Positions 11,001 through 27,171 of a stretch of 64,000 nucleotides of DNA are shown here, piece after piece. The notes under the pieces are model-generated. The model was not told where the DNA came from, made no database searches, and saw only the letters and a list, made by a program, of their open reading frames with translations. The position numbers and the translations under genes are program-made. This stretch comes from Trichodelitschia bisporula (Eukaryota), in the NCBI GenBank assembly GCA_010356995.1, contig ML996705.1:62001-126000 (forward strand), in the 5' to 3' direction. Every line of letters starts with the position of its first letter. Within the stretch, counting starts at the first letter, position 1.

Positions 11001-12858
11001 AAACCCCTTCGCAAGCAAGAAATTCTGCACACGCTTGATACACCCCGTCGCCGCCGCAACCTGCGGCAGCGTCTGCAGGAGCATCATACTCGGCGTGGTT
11101 AGCAAGGCGAGGATAGTAAGACTCGTAAACGCCTGCGCCGTTGTCAACGGCGGCGTCCCCCGAACCTTCGCCTCAATCGCAAACGCCGCAAACACAATCA
11201 AACTGCTCAGCAAATTCGGAATCGAGGATACCGCCCACGTCATAACCGTGAGTTTCCGAAACCGCATCGCCTGCTTAATCTCCGTAACCCGCTCCTGCTG
11301 CAGGAACATGCCCATATTCAGCGCGATCCCCGTAAGCTTGACACTCTTGATGCTGCGCAGCGCGGAACTAGTCACGCCCACGCGGTGCTGCACGGCGCGC
11401 ACCCAGCGCGCCTGGCTAGGGCCCATGCGCTTCGCGGTCTGCGATTGCAGAAAGAAGCAGAAGAAGGCGACGAGCGTGGGGGCGACGGCGGTGGCGCCGA
11501 GTTGCCGCCAGAGGAGCCAGATCCCTATGCCGATTTGCGTGAATTGGGCCCAGAGTTCGGAGGCCTGAACGAGGGATATGGCGATGCGGTCGATGTCGGT
11601 GCTCATCAGCGTCACAGCGGCGAGGTTGCCGTGATCCATGTCTGCGGAGAGCGCCTTGGTGTAGATTAGGGAGGCGGTGGCGCCGCGGAACATGGTGATC
11701 ATGCGGAAGACGTTGTAGTAGTACTTTGCCGTCGCGAGCTGGGCCCGTCAGCTTCATCACATCACAGCGGGATACATGAACCTACCGCAACACCCCCGTA
11801 AATCAGTGCCGCAGCGCCAATGAGCCCGTAAGCATGGTTCTTGTTCCGGAACCGCGCCGGCGTCTCAAGATACACGATCGCATCGGTAATAAGGAAGGTC
11901 TGCGCGTAGCTCAGCGCGATCATGCAGGCGCGGACGGGGACGGTGCGCAGGATGGCCCATTTGAGGCAGGATACGCCGGCGAAGACCATGGGGTAGGATT
12001 CTTTCGTTTTGTCTGCGGGGATCAGTGACAGCCCGAGCGGTTAGCTTACTTCACATACACTTCTCCCATGCGGCCTGCATCTGGTCGCGCAGCAGCTCGG
12101 AGTGCAGCCCATGGTCGAGCGTGTCGATGTCGTCGAGGCCGAGAATCTTCTTGTTCCCGAGGAAGAGGATGGGTGTGAGCCACCACATGAAGAGCCGGTT
12201 GAACGGGCCTGCCGTATCGGTTGGGCCGAGCGGATAATCGCTCGGCAGCAGATATGCGGTCTTGGGCCAGGAGTCAACGCAGAGGAGGATGAATTTGGCG
12301 GCGAGGCCGGCCGCCGTGACGGCCGCGATCTTGGGCACATAATGGCGGATATAGAGTGTGCGGACGAGGAGGACGTCGCCCGTGAGCGTCGAGAGCAGAT
12401 AGACGAAGGTCAGTAGACCGGGGCGCGTGGTGCGGCTGTGCTCAAAGGCGATAAGGCCCGTTAGAGCCAGCGCGGCTATTAATTCCAGGGCGCTGGTTGC
12501 GACGGCGACGTGGATGATTGGCTGCTTGGTCCAGAGGGCGAGCCTTGCGATTGAAAGGCCGATGACGATAACGGCGAGTCCCTAGATATTTAGCGCTGCA
12601 TCCAATCAAATGGTCCTAAGGGCTGAATCCTACTATCTTAAATGCATATATAGGGTGAGACCGCGTTTTGGTAGACGCACGGCGGAGCAACCACAGGCGA
12701 AGAGGGAGCAGGAGCAGGAACAGCGACGAGACGCCAATGCCGAAGATACTCTGCTCGAAGGTAACGGTAAAATCGAATTGATCACATTTGACCCCAGGGC
12801 CGAAGCTCCGGTCGGCGAGCACATCGCAGGATCGCGACGTACTAGAACTAGCAGCCAT
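8064..12858 (-). CDS. ABCC/MRP-type ABC transporter (TMD0-TMD1-NBD1-TMD2-NBD2)
   Basis: N-terminus DRSFGPGVKCDQFDFTVTFEQ. NBD1 has GPVGSGKS / LSGGQ / LLVLDD; NBD2 has GRTGSGKS / LSHGEQQL / VLVLDEATS. Introns 12633-12582, 12058-12013, 11785-11739, about 9751-9706 and about 9593-9550. Confidence 0.95.
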
Positions 12859-14822
12859 TTACAGCTCAGAGACGAAAGTAGTAACAACAGAGATTAATGA
12901 ACATTGAGCAATTAAAGCCATGCGGATATTGTGCGCCCAAGGCCGAACTATAACCATCAAGCTTTTGTTTCGCCCTCCCGCGGGCAGGCAGCAACCTCAC
13001 GGCTAATGCGTCAAATCAGAGTTCACTGTCAAAATGCTCTTGGAAGATCAAACGGGCAAGACAGCTATCAGGCGACTCAGAGCAGCCCCTCGGCAAGGGG
13101 CGCCAATGAAACCAGGAGGTGGAGAGCGGACGAGCATGCAGGCGATCTGGGATAGGGGTGGTGGTCGGTGAACGAGATGGAAACACCGATGCCTGGACAT
13201 GGATAGGAGACCAGATTGGGAAGAGATGGATGGGTGTAGGCGGACGATTGATAATTCCGGGGAAGGCAGCAGAATATTCCATGTTCTCACTGGAGCTGTT
13301 GTGCAGCTTATGCATCTCGGATGTCGCCCTGCATGCGCCATCGCCGTCTTGCGGCTATTTCTCCTCGCTCGCTTAGGGTACGAGGCAGCATCCAGTAGAA
13401 TCATAGTAGAACATAACCGGCCCGGCTTCGATGAACCATAATCGGAATCGAGAAGTTTATAGAGTAACTGATGCCTGGACCTTAGTATCGTCCGTGTCGT
13501 CCAAAAGTCCATTCTCTGTAGCACCGCTGAGACTCCAAGAAAAACCTCCCGTTTTAACTCCCGTGCGGCTCTTCGCAATTCTCTGACCGCAGTGCCCAAA
13601 GCGCCCGACGTCCATAGTCTCGCCCGCCACATCCCAGGAACGGAGGTGCAGTGCAGGCCAGAGCATGTACCAATGGCCAGCGTCAGGGCTGCAGAAAAGT
13701 GAACAACCTCGGATCTCCGACGCGTCGGAGGTTTTGTAACGCCGACCTGATCGGTGGCCGCCCCATGCCAAAGCCTAGCATCGGGCGTCAAGCGCTCTCG
13801 CTCTCGCGGTCCCCTGTATACGTAGTAGTAGCCCTTGTCTCGATGCGGAATCCTTCGGTCGTAGGCACAGCGACGCTGCAGCTGGACCGGGAGGGTCGCG
13901 ATGGGGATGTTCCTGGTGGTGAGGGGCCGGTGGGCCGCGTGCGAGACCGAGAGATTAAGTTCTAAGCCCAATGTGATAGTTGAAGGGGAGCCGATCAGGG
14001 CGAGAGCGAAGTTTAAGTCGAGATAAGAAAGTGATGATGAGGCACGTCGAGTGCCGGGGTGCAACTCGAATCCGAGTTGGGGTAAACATGGAACCCAGCC
14101 CGAGATAGTCTAGGCGTCGTTCCGAGGGCGAAGGGATAACCAAGTCTGACCTCTATCCCGTCCTGGACAGGATGGCCTCGATCCGGACTCTTTTATGTCT
14201 AGTCGGTGATGAAATGGATGTCGGCATTCTTCCCATACCGACCGTGACGAGCCTGGCGGGGTGAAAATGCCACGACAAAAGCCAGGACATCCGAAATTTT
14301 ATGCAATGGAAACACCAATTTGAAAAGTGTGCGGTGTGCGGTGTGCGGTGAACCGAATTTCATGCTTTCAGATGGAGATGCGATGCGAACAAGACTAAAT
14401 CCGAAGGGCCAGAAACAGCAAGTGCAGCCCGCTTAATGGTGTAACGCGGGGAAGACAACCGTCGAGTGCTTTTAGGCTTCAGGCAAAAATGGAAGTAGAA
14501 GTCATCCGAAGGTACCACAGAGTGAATCACGATGATAATGAATTAACCGGGCTTTGGCTTCGGCAGGTGAAGGTCAACACAGATAGGGACTGAACAAAGG
14601 CCTTTAATACATAATGCACATAGATGCCAGCGGGATCACTTGCATAAATCAATAAAATCTGCGAATAGATGCATTCAGCGGCAAAAGAAGCCGAACAGCT
14701 ACCTAATGCCCATCGACAAAAGCGGAAACCAGATATAATTGCAATCTATGAAGCCATTATCCCCGAGAACCGTCCCCGCCTTATCCCCTAGTCATGAAGA
14801 GATCTCGAACCACGATACGACT

Positions 14823-17523
<2,701 letters not shown>

Positions 17524-18388
17524 GTTGGAAGCTGGCGTGTAGTCTAAATGTGGGAACGATGGCTGACAGTAACCAGCAAAGTCAATAGAAACTCCGTCTG
17601 TGAAGATGCGGAGATCCGAAATAACAGGCAGAGCGTTGGAATGAGTGGGATGAAAGCAGATGGAGGTGGATGGCAAAACAGAGGGTGGGGGTTGTGGAGA
17701 TGATGAGGTTGTGGAAGCTGTGTTGGTGGCCATGAAGTGCTGGAGCTCCTCTTGCCGCACGCCTAGCGCCAAGCCAACCGGGGCCCATTCACGTGCATTA
17801 TATGAGGCAGCGGCAAGGCACTCTTTCACACAGACCAATAGCTAACCGCCGGCCCAACCCATCTCCGACGCCGCCGAAGCCTCTGGAAGCTTCAGTCAAG
17901 TGATAAGTCACCACCTTACCCTCACCCACAAAGAAATCAATCTGTCCTCATCCCGTCGATTTGTCACCAAGTCATCACATATCGCGCTTCGGCGTTTGCA
18001 AGCTACAGTCGAACTGCGGATAGCGTCCGGCGTGCCATAAGGCTTTGATGGCAAATTTGCCGCCCATGGCCACCACAACGGTCAAGTGCTGGACGGGCAA
18101 CAGGTAGCCAGATGGCCGGCGACATGCTTTCATTCTCGTGGCTCTTTCCGTTGGTACCGCTGCCTGCCACGCCTCACCGTTGAACCAGTCTTTGGCATGC
18201 CATGCAGGGTTCCGTTTGGTGTTCACGCTCAGCCTCACTTTGTCAGCGACAAGGCTGGCAATACAGCGACCCAAAGTTAAGCAAGAGGCCTCTTGATTTT
18301 GAAGTAAATACATGCGAAATAAGTCAACGGAACCCCATGTACAGTCACCCCTTTTGCGTCCCATTAGCAGCTCGACGCGGCTGGAGCT

Positions 18389-18820
18389 CTAGCAGCGCCT
18401 CTCGCGGAACTCGCGTTCAATCCGCTCGCAGTGTTCGCGAGGCCGGCGGTCACTGTGTGTTATCAGTATTGACCTTCTACTAACAAGTCCAGTATTACAT
18501 ACCGCCAGCAGTAGTCAAGATCATCTCTAAGCCGACGGCACTCGTGTTGGTGGTTGTTGCGGTGCTCCCAGTCGTCGCGGTCACGGCCCCCGTAGCTACG
18601 GTCCCGGCGGCAGCGTTCCCTAGCCGTGTCAGCACTTACCGCGCAAACAAGGCTACACTACGAACCTTTCATCCCTGTTGTTGTAGCGATCGCAGTAGTC
18701 AAACGCGGCGACCGGAGCCGCATCAACAGCCGCGGCGTTGACGTTGGCCTCCGCAGGAGCAGCAAAAGCACCCGCCGCCAGGCAGATGATGGAAATGAGG
18801 GCAGTCTTCGTGAAGAGCAT
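18389..18820 (-). CDS. Small secreted Cys-containing, Arg/Asp/Glu-rich protein (111 aa, 3 exons)
   Basis: Exons 18820-18666, 18619-18503, 18452-18389 with GT..AG introns and CTGAC/CTGAT branch sites. Signal peptide MLFTKTALISIICLAAGAFA. TATAAA at 18927-18932 on the minus strand. Confidence 0.8.
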
Positions 18821-20968
18821 TGTGTCGTTCTGACTTGTGGGTGAGACTGAAAGAATGTCTGAAGTAGGCTTGGGAAGGAATGTAAGCTGCTTGCTGATGA
18901 TCTTTCCAGGAGAGCAGTCGTGGAGCTTTATACCCTCGAGCTTCTCTAGAAGGTAGACCAACTTCCCAAGGCTAGTTGTGGCCAGTGGCTTCCGGATACG
19001 AGCTGTCAATCAAAACCTCATGCGACTCCACCATCTCCTCCTTTCTGTTGATTAAGCACCACACCCTTCGCCGATGATTCCTGGGTTGAACAGTGTCCAG
19101 GCGTCGCTCTCGGCTAATGAGGATGGAATCTAATGCTGCAGATTATTGAGATGCGGGTATTATTTCTCTGCGCGGTCGAAAATAGAAACCTTGTGCAAGT
19201 ATACGCCAGCAAATAAGAGCAACAGTGTTCCTCACTGTCAGTGAACAGTGCGGACGATGGCACACGTCGGAATATCAAAGTACGGCCGAACCTTATCCTT
19301 CTTGCGGTCCGCGCTCAAGGCACGGTATCAGGAGGCGGGATCCACGGAGCATCGGCTGCCTCGCAGGGCGCCCAAAGCCCGAAGCAGTCTCACAATCCCG
19401 GGTCACCAAGTCCACGCCGTGACGCGTATGAAAGGGCCATTCCCCGTGAGGCCAAGATCACGGCCAAGGCTACTTAATGAGAGGTTTACGCAAGTTGGGG
19501 AAGCTCCGCCACAGCCAGGTGCATGTACCGCTCTCCTTGCACTCTCAATGAGACTGTCGAGCCTCTTGGTATCAATTATCAAAGTTCCTGATAAAATCCT
19601 AACCGGGTTTTCAGCGCAAGCCTTCCCGTCTGCTGATTGCGATTGCGTAGACATGTACACATAACAGTCTCGTCGATCTGCCCTCGGCACTGGTCAGGCA
19701 CATCACCAAGTGTGGAGCAACATCCTCGTCATGCCCCGCAGCAGCTTCATCATATCGCAAATATGGCATCCAGGTACCTGATTTCTGGGAAAACCAGCAG
19801 CGAGACATCCTTGGGGGTTGAACGGCTCGACGACTGCAATATGCCACAGCGACCTTCAGATATCGTTGTACGACGAGATTGATGAATTTGGCCATCGAAC
19901 GGCAAGCTCTGAAAAAGTCCTTGAGAGAGCGTCACGGATGTCAAAGACTCCCTCTGCCCGCAACAGTGCGGAAACTGGAAGGGGACCAGAAAACGATGGA
20001 AACCTCCCCCGCCTTCGCTAACAACCGCGTGGCACCGCTCCCCCACGCCCCTCGCGCCGGCTCGTGGCCGTATCCTCGACTGCCTAGACCATCGACTTCG
20101 GCAGTGATAACGATCCGAGAGAGATTGCTGAAGAACACAGGTTGATTGGGCCAAGACTCCTGGTTCCATAGATGTCGATGTCGGTGATTGGACCAGCACC
20201 TCGTTTCGGCCCATATGCCTGGATTGCAGTCCCAAAAATAGGCTAAGCGTCACTTAGCTATCCCAAGACACGGCCAAGAAAGTCTTGAATGGATTAACAT
20301 TCTAAATTTTCATGGTTGTTTGTGGGGTAATAAGCAAGGACGGTCGGCAATGCGAGTGATCTCAATGGCGGCAGGGGTGACAGTGGATGTTGCTGTCTCG
20401 CTCCAAAGCACACGACAACAGGACATGCTGTTGGCTCACGATGTCCGAGCTTGGGCTTCTCGATGAGATATGGGTCGAGACTCCATGGCAGGGGTGGGAG
20501 TCTAGGTTCTGTTCGAAAGCCGATGGGGTTATTTGGCAGGCCGCCCGACATTCCAGCCCGGGGTTGGGTGGACAATCGGATGCCCCAATATCGGGAAAGG
20601 TTGCGTATCGTCGTTCCCAGGTATTGCAGCTCATGTCAGTGCCTGTGCTTCTAGGGCAGCTCGGAAATCGTGGCCCACGGATAAAGTGCAACAGGGCCGG
20701 AGCCGAGGGGCAATGACAAGAGTTCAGATGTAAACACTCCTTCGCGCCCGATTATTGATGTATGAAATTGATAGCAAGGCATCAAGGCAGAAGTTGAGAC
20801 CGAAGTCATGTGAGACTTTGTGGTCCGTGCGCCGGGGTTACTATGTTCCACGGCGCGGCTCTAGATGGCGGTGCAGGAAACGGTCGCGGATAACGCGTCG
20901 ATTATACGGGCTGGAAGCTACGAACCCCGTCATCAAATTTACGTCCAATCTCTGCCGCCGCTGTCAGA

Positions 20969-22565
20969 ATGCTCTGTGCTAGTAAGTGCGTTCATGTGTG
21001 GAGAACTGCTCCTAATAGTGCACAGTTTCTGGCGAAGCGCCGCAGGTGCCCGTTGCCTCGCGCAAAAGTGGTGAGTTCGGCCGTCCCGTTGCCGTTTTAC
21101 TGCTAATAAGGACAGGGAATGTGTTTGAGAAACGTCTAATCGAGGCGTATATTGCCGACCATGGCACCGACCCCGTCACCGGCGAAGAGCTTACAGTCGA
21201 TGACCTGGTCGAACTGAAGACCGCGCGCGTCGTCCGTCCCCGCCCTCCGACTCTCACCTCGATTCCTGCGCTCCTGGCTACATTTCAAAACGAATGGGAT
21301 GCATTGGCGCTTGAGTCGTACACTCTCAAGCAGCAGCTGGCGCAGACGCGGCAGGAACTCAGTTCCGCGCTCTACCAGTATGAGGGAGCTCTCCGCGTGA
21401 ACGCCAAGCTGATCAAAGAGCGCGACGACGCGAGAGATGCCCTGTCCAAGGTTACCATCCAGAGCGGTGGTGCGCCAACGAACGGCAGTGAGATGGAGGT
21501 CGACTCGAAGGCGCTGCCTGAGGCCATAGTAGAGAAGGTAGAGGCTACTTACCAAAAGTATGTTGCTCATCACGATATCTTTGCGTCACTAACAGCCACA
21601 GGTCATCGTCCACCCGTAAGAAGCGCACCATCCCTGAAGGCTGGGCCACGGCCGAGACGATTCAGGCTTTTGAGCCAACGCCAACCGGAACTGTGGTGCC
21701 CGGATCGCAGGCGCTTGCCGTGGACAAGAGCGGAGACCTTGCCCTGTTGGACGGTAGCGACGGCATAGTGATCGTGTACTCTTTGTCGCAAAAGAAGACG
21801 CTCCACACTCTGAAGGCTGGTTCTGCTGTGACCGACGCGATCTGGTGGGGTTCGCGGGCAATTATCGCGCTTACCTCCGGCGCCATCGTGGTCTTCGAGG
21901 GCGAGTCGCAGGTGGCCAAACTGGCAGCGCATGCTGGGCCGGTAACTGGCCTGGCCTTGCATCCCTCTGGCGATCTGCTGGCGTCCGTTGGTGCCGACAA
22001 GAGCTACATCCTCTACGACCTCAGTACACTCAGCCAACTGACGCGCACCTTCACTTCATCCCGTAAGCGGTCTGTCATCCAGTGCGACGTTGGCTAACTA
22101 CCCGCAGAGCTCACATGCGTTCAATTCCATCCCGACGGCCATCTCCTGGCTGCTGGTGGTGTAGACGGCGAGATCAAGGTATTCGAGGTGAAGACCGGGA
22201 ACAACGCGGCAAACCTTGCCGGCAAGGGGCCCGTCCAAGCACTTGACTTTTCCGAGAACGGCTTCTGGCTCGCGTCCGTCACGGCCAACAGCAATGATGT
22301 CACGATCTGGGATCTGCGGAAGGTCGCCGCCGTCAAGACATTGGAGATTGGGTCGTTGGTCAGCAAGATCGAGTGGGACTACAGTGGACAGTTTTTGGCG
22401 ATAGCAGCGGCTGGATGCGTTGCCGTTCAGCAGTACTCCAAGTCCTCGAAGAGCTGGTCCGAGCCACTCCGCAAAGCGGTCCCCTCCCAGGACGTCGCCT
22501 GGGGCGCTTCGGCCAGCACCTTGGTGGCGCTCAGCGCGGAGGGCGAGATCATTTTACTGGCATGA
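20969..22565 (+). CDS. PRP19: Pre-mRNA splicing factor / U-box E3 ligase Prp19 (Cwf8)
   Basis: [29 protein letters not shown] U-box, TSIPALLATFQNEWDALALE coiled coil, WD40 repeats. Introns 20982-21025, 21071-21115, 21558-21601, 22063-22107. Confidence 0.96.
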
Positions 22566-23674
22566 GGAGCAGACAGACTGACCGGACACGTGTAATATAT
22601 GCATTTCTGTTTTTGCGGTTGAACATTGTTCAAAGTGACTGGGCAGCTTTGTGGATCGGAGTTAAACGGAAAAGAGTTCGGGATTATGGCCACGACTTGA
22701 GGGGCGACGGAAAGCATGATGTCAAGATGCACGGTGTCAATGGACAGTGCGATCTATGCGGAGGCATCAAGACAGTTAGCAAGACAGTTGAGAAGATAAT
22801 TCTACCATCCGTAGGGGCTGCGACCTCGGTCTTGCTGCAACTTCAATCTCGCGGCGATGTTTGAAACATGCTCGGCGGGAACGGGCAACGGTACACCAAG
22901 ACAAGTCGACAAAGGTGGAAGGTGGCTATCTGCGATTTCTATCCAGAAGTCTATGGTGTTGCCGGAAGGACTCACTGGATCCATATCAGACGCGTCGGAA
23001 CTGGCTTCCACGGTCCAAACTGATTCACGGACAACCATACTGAAGGGGTGGTGAGCGAGGGGCCAAGGGCCATGCGAGAAAGTCATGGCTGTGCCGTATC
23101 GAAGTCTTTGCGGAGAGGATGGCTACGAGTTTTTCGGACGGCCGTCAGCGGCGGGAGAGGGGCATAAGTTCGCTAAACGCCGACGACTCGCGGAAAAGCT
23201 TCTTGGTAATGTGATTGCTCCTGTCAGCAGGAGTCGCTGCGATTCTTGCTCCCCAAGGGTGTGGCCAATTCCTATCACGTGCGTGAGTGAGTTGGAATTC
23301 CCCCAAAGTTGATGGAAGTGTACGTGGTGTGGGTGGCACGGCTCTGGACCTTGCCCGTCCCAAAGAAAGTGAGAGAGAGCGAGAGGCTTGGGAGAGCGGG
23401 TGAGACCCCCCAGAACGGCGACCACTTGAACAACTACCGCCACCACCGAGACCCAGCAACCAACACCACGCAACTCACAACCTCCTCTTCCCCACTTCAC
23501 CACCTCCACAGCCTCTGTCCCTTTTACAACCCCCCACACCCAACCCTCAGACTCGCCAACGCCGCTTTTCAGCACCGTATCCCCACAAAGAATACGCTTC
23601 CCGATCGTTTGCTGTAAAAGGAGGGTCCCTTTCACTCTCTCGCAGCTCGCTGCAGCACCGTCCGACGGCGGAAC

Positions 23675-24900
23675 ATGGACAGCCCCCCACCTCCTCACCA
23701 GACATTGTGGTCGCGGGGAAACAAGGTCTGTCACTCCTCTTACAGCTGCATTACCAGCTCCCTATCCCCGCGATCCCGCCAACTGACTTCCTCGCAGCGA
23801 ACACACTCGCAAATGGAGTCCCGCAACAGGACCCACGCAGGCCGGTCTACCAGCCCTTCTTCCTCCTTAAGGGTGCCAGGTGCGGAACGCAATAACACCA
23901 TCTCCTTAGGCCAGCTACGCCTGCCACTGCCCAATCCGCAATTGAATCCAGAAAGAGGCATGACAATCCGGTGGCTGACCGACAACACAGAGCCCCGTCG
24001 CCGCCGCCCCTCTCCGGCCATGGAGCGTCCCGAGCCTCGCAACAGCGCACAGCCAGCGCCTGTCGTCATCGATCTGACCGAAGACAACGAAGACGATGTC
24101 GTTGTGAACACCGGCACCAATGCCCCACGCCATGTGAACCCTACGAGTCCCACGGGTCTCGGAAGCGCCTCGCGCCCGCCGCGCTTCTCTCGCGAGATCA
24201 TCGACTTGGTGTCCGACGACTCCCCTCAAGGCGAGCGACCTCCGGTGGTTCCACGTCCTGCAGCGGTTCCACATCCTGTCATAACGGTCGACGATGCGGA
24301 GGAGGATAATTCTCCCGACGTGGAGTTCGTTCGCGAGAGACGTAGAACTCCGGTACCGACGCCGCTCTGGGTGCAGACCCATCGTCTTGCGGAGGGCGTG
24401 AACGCTCACCATATCTTCCGACAGATATTGGCGCAAGGCTTCATGCGGTCGGATCCTGACAACTTCCAGTTCATCACTCCTGATATGGAGTATGACTCCA
24501 TAGGGTTTCCTATGCGAGCGCCCTCGACTCCCGCGCCTACCGTTACACCGAGCTATATAGCTCCACCCAAGCCGCCGGCTGGGTTCACGCGGTCCCTCGA
24601 GGAAGATGACATCCTCCTCTGCCCCAACTGTGACGAAGAGCTGTGCACGGGCGAGACCGACATCAAGCGTCAGGTGTGGATTGTCAAGAAATGTGGTCAT
24701 GTAAGTCTGCCAAGTACGCGACACACACTTGTCACTAACGCAAGCAGGTGTACTGCGGCGAGTGCACGAAGAGCCGTGCCATCACACGGTCCAAGAAGAG
24801 CAAGGAGCCGCAGCATGTAAAGCCCTTCAAGGAGTGCGTTGTAGAGGGGTGTAAAACCCGGGTGATAAGTCGGACGTCTATGATACAGATCTTCCTCTGA
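23675..24900 (+). CDS. SIM-containing RING-finger protein, SUMO-targeted ubiquitin ligase subunit (Slx5/Rfp1-2/RNF4-like)
   Basis: SIM-like motifs VVIDLT, IIDLV, VITVD, VEFV next to acidic residues. C-terminal RING CPNC...CGH|VYCGEC...CVVEGC ending IQIFL*. Introns 23726-23797 (probable) and 24701-24747. Confidence 0.8.
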
Positions 24901-25609
24901 GATGGTAGGCTATCTCTTGCGCGTTTATGCGGCGTACGGGTCATGGGATGCTGCTTTGTATGGCGGCAGTTATATCCTTGCATTCATGGTGGATAGGGGG
25001 GGGGGGGGGGGTCGGGCGCTTAGGACTCGGAGTTGAAGATGGGCTCATAGAACGGATATTCGCACGGTGAGCGGTCACGGTGGCCGTCATTCCCTTTTTG
25101 CGGACGACTCCATGCCAGATACCAATTTCATGTTGCGGCTCTGCTCAATCTGTTTGTTCACTGTGATACACGTAGCTTTGCATCTTCGAGAACGGGTCGC
25201 GCCTGGTGAGGGCCAATCACAGCGTGCTGCGACTTGCCAGCCTTGGGACGGATGGACTCGATGGATGATGGATTTACGGGAGCGTGCGGGAGGAACGTAA
25301 ATTACTTGGAGTATGAGAATTATCCACTGCGATTCATCCTTCGTGTTTATTTGTTTACCCCGCCCAGAGATACCGCAGTGTAGCCAACAGCCCCCAGCGG
25401 ACAGACATTCGCCGCCCGCCCACACCAAACACCAGTCCGCCGCTGCTAGCCCCAACAGCTACGTAAAGTGCCAAGCCTACAGCTCCCAACGACAAAAAAG
25501 GTAGCCAACAGCAAACACCCAACAAGGCCACTCACCACCACGACTCTCCGCTCCCGACCACTTCTTCTCCCCCCATCTCCTCCCCTCGACATCTCGACGA
25601 GAGAAGAAC

Positions 25610-26448
25610 ATGGCGACTCCAACCCGCACGCAGGTGCCCCCGCGCACTGCGGCCTCCCCGCTCAACACCCTCTACCTCACGCTGTACAACTTCGTGTCCG
25701 CGGCGCTGTGGACGGGGGTCCTGATTCGCACGGTGCAGATCGGCGTTTTGGGGGGGGAGCCGCGCGGGGTGTATACGGGCATTGGGGAGTATACGAAGTG
25801 GACGCAGACGCTGGCGCTGTTGGAGGTTGCGCATTCGGTGCTTGGTGAGTCGGCCTGGGGAGCTCGCTCGTGAGAAGCAGGGCTGTTTGGTGGACAATGG
25901 CTGATGGGTGCGGGATAGGGATTGTGCGCGCGCCGGTTGTGACTACGGTTATGCAGGTCGCGAGCCGCATCTTGCTCGTCTGGGGCATCGCGGATGTGTT
26001 CCCGCGCGTCGCGGCGGGCAGCGCGGGGTACATGAGTATGCTGGTAGCGTGGAGCGTGACGGAGGTGGTGCGGTACTCGTACTTTGTGTTTTTCCTGACC
26101 GGGCGGGTGCCGGGCGTGCTCTCGTGGCTCAGGTACACCCCCCCCAGGCCCACACACTACACCGACGGTACTGACAAACCAGGTACAACGCCTTCTTCGT
26201 GCTCTACCCCCTCGGCATCAGCAGCGAGGTCTGGCTCGTGTACCAGGCCATCCCGTCGGCTATGAAGCTGTCCCCGTTGTTTGGGTATGGGCTGTGGGCT
26301 GTGCTGGCGGTTTATGTTCCAGGTAGGTTTGGGCTGTGGCATGGGTGTGTTGCGTGGGCTAATAAGGGTAGGCTCGTATGTGCTGTATTCGCATATGATG
26401 ACGCAGCGGAGACGGATTATGCGCGGGAAGCAGCGCGCGCGCGAGTAG
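25610..26448 (+). CDS. PHS1: Very-long-chain 3-hydroxyacyl-CoA dehydratase (PTPLA family)
   Basis: YLTLYN, QTLALLEVAHS, MQVASRILLVWG, WSVTEVVRYSY, LRYNAFFVLYPLG, LYSHMMTQRRR. Introns 25845-25918, 26133-26182, 26323-26371. Confidence 0.95.
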
Positions 26449-27171
26449 GGCGGCGGTGGGAGAGTGTACGGTACTTGTGGGGTCGGAGGGAATGGGTGTG
26501 CGACTGTGAGGGCTGCAGCTCCTGCTGCGGAGGAGCGAATGCGAACTCGGTGTCGTTCAAACGATTTGGGCTAGAGATAGGATTCACAGACGCCTAACGG
26601 ACGTTGCTCACGGCATAATATGGCACGCTATCACCATTTGCATCTCACCTCTTCATCGCAGCATCTCAAACGCCCATTCTCCACGTGACACGGCCATCTG
26701 GAACGCGTTCGTGGCGTTGCCGGATGGACGGGGGTGCAGCGCGCCAATTGGCCACTCCGTGTATACGCTCAAACCGCGATTAAACAAACCCCAACACCCC
26801 CCCATCTCCCTTTGTGCGTCTGGCATAGACAAGCCAAAACCCCCCTCTTCCCCAATCCTCCCCAGAAGTCGTCGAGTGAGAGGAAACAATGTCCTCTCAA
26901 TTCCACTCACTCCCACCTTCCACCTAATCATCTGATAACTTATTCCCTTCAGTCTCGCACTCATTACTATTTCTACAGCCTTAGGGCTACGCTCATTTCC
27001 CGCGTTCTGTAGACCACGTTTCACACCCCCTTTCCCCAATTTGACACGAACGCTCAGAGCCGCGCACACAACGCACATTACTTTCCTTAAACCACACGCT
27101 CTCTACGCTATATTACCTCTCCGTCGCACAGAACACGCGTTCTCTTATATTCACCCCCCCGCATGCACACC

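Noticed and set aside
8064..12858. ABC transporter as a marker of a secondary-metabolite cluster
   Set aside because: No PKS, NRPS, terpene cyclase or tailoring genes nearby; the phytoene-synthase-like gene is the housekeeping NDUFAF6.
13048..14064. 338-aa minus-strand ORF upstream of the ABC transporter
   Set aside because: No motif and Arg/Ser-rich random composition; typical chance ORF in GC-rich intergenic DNA.
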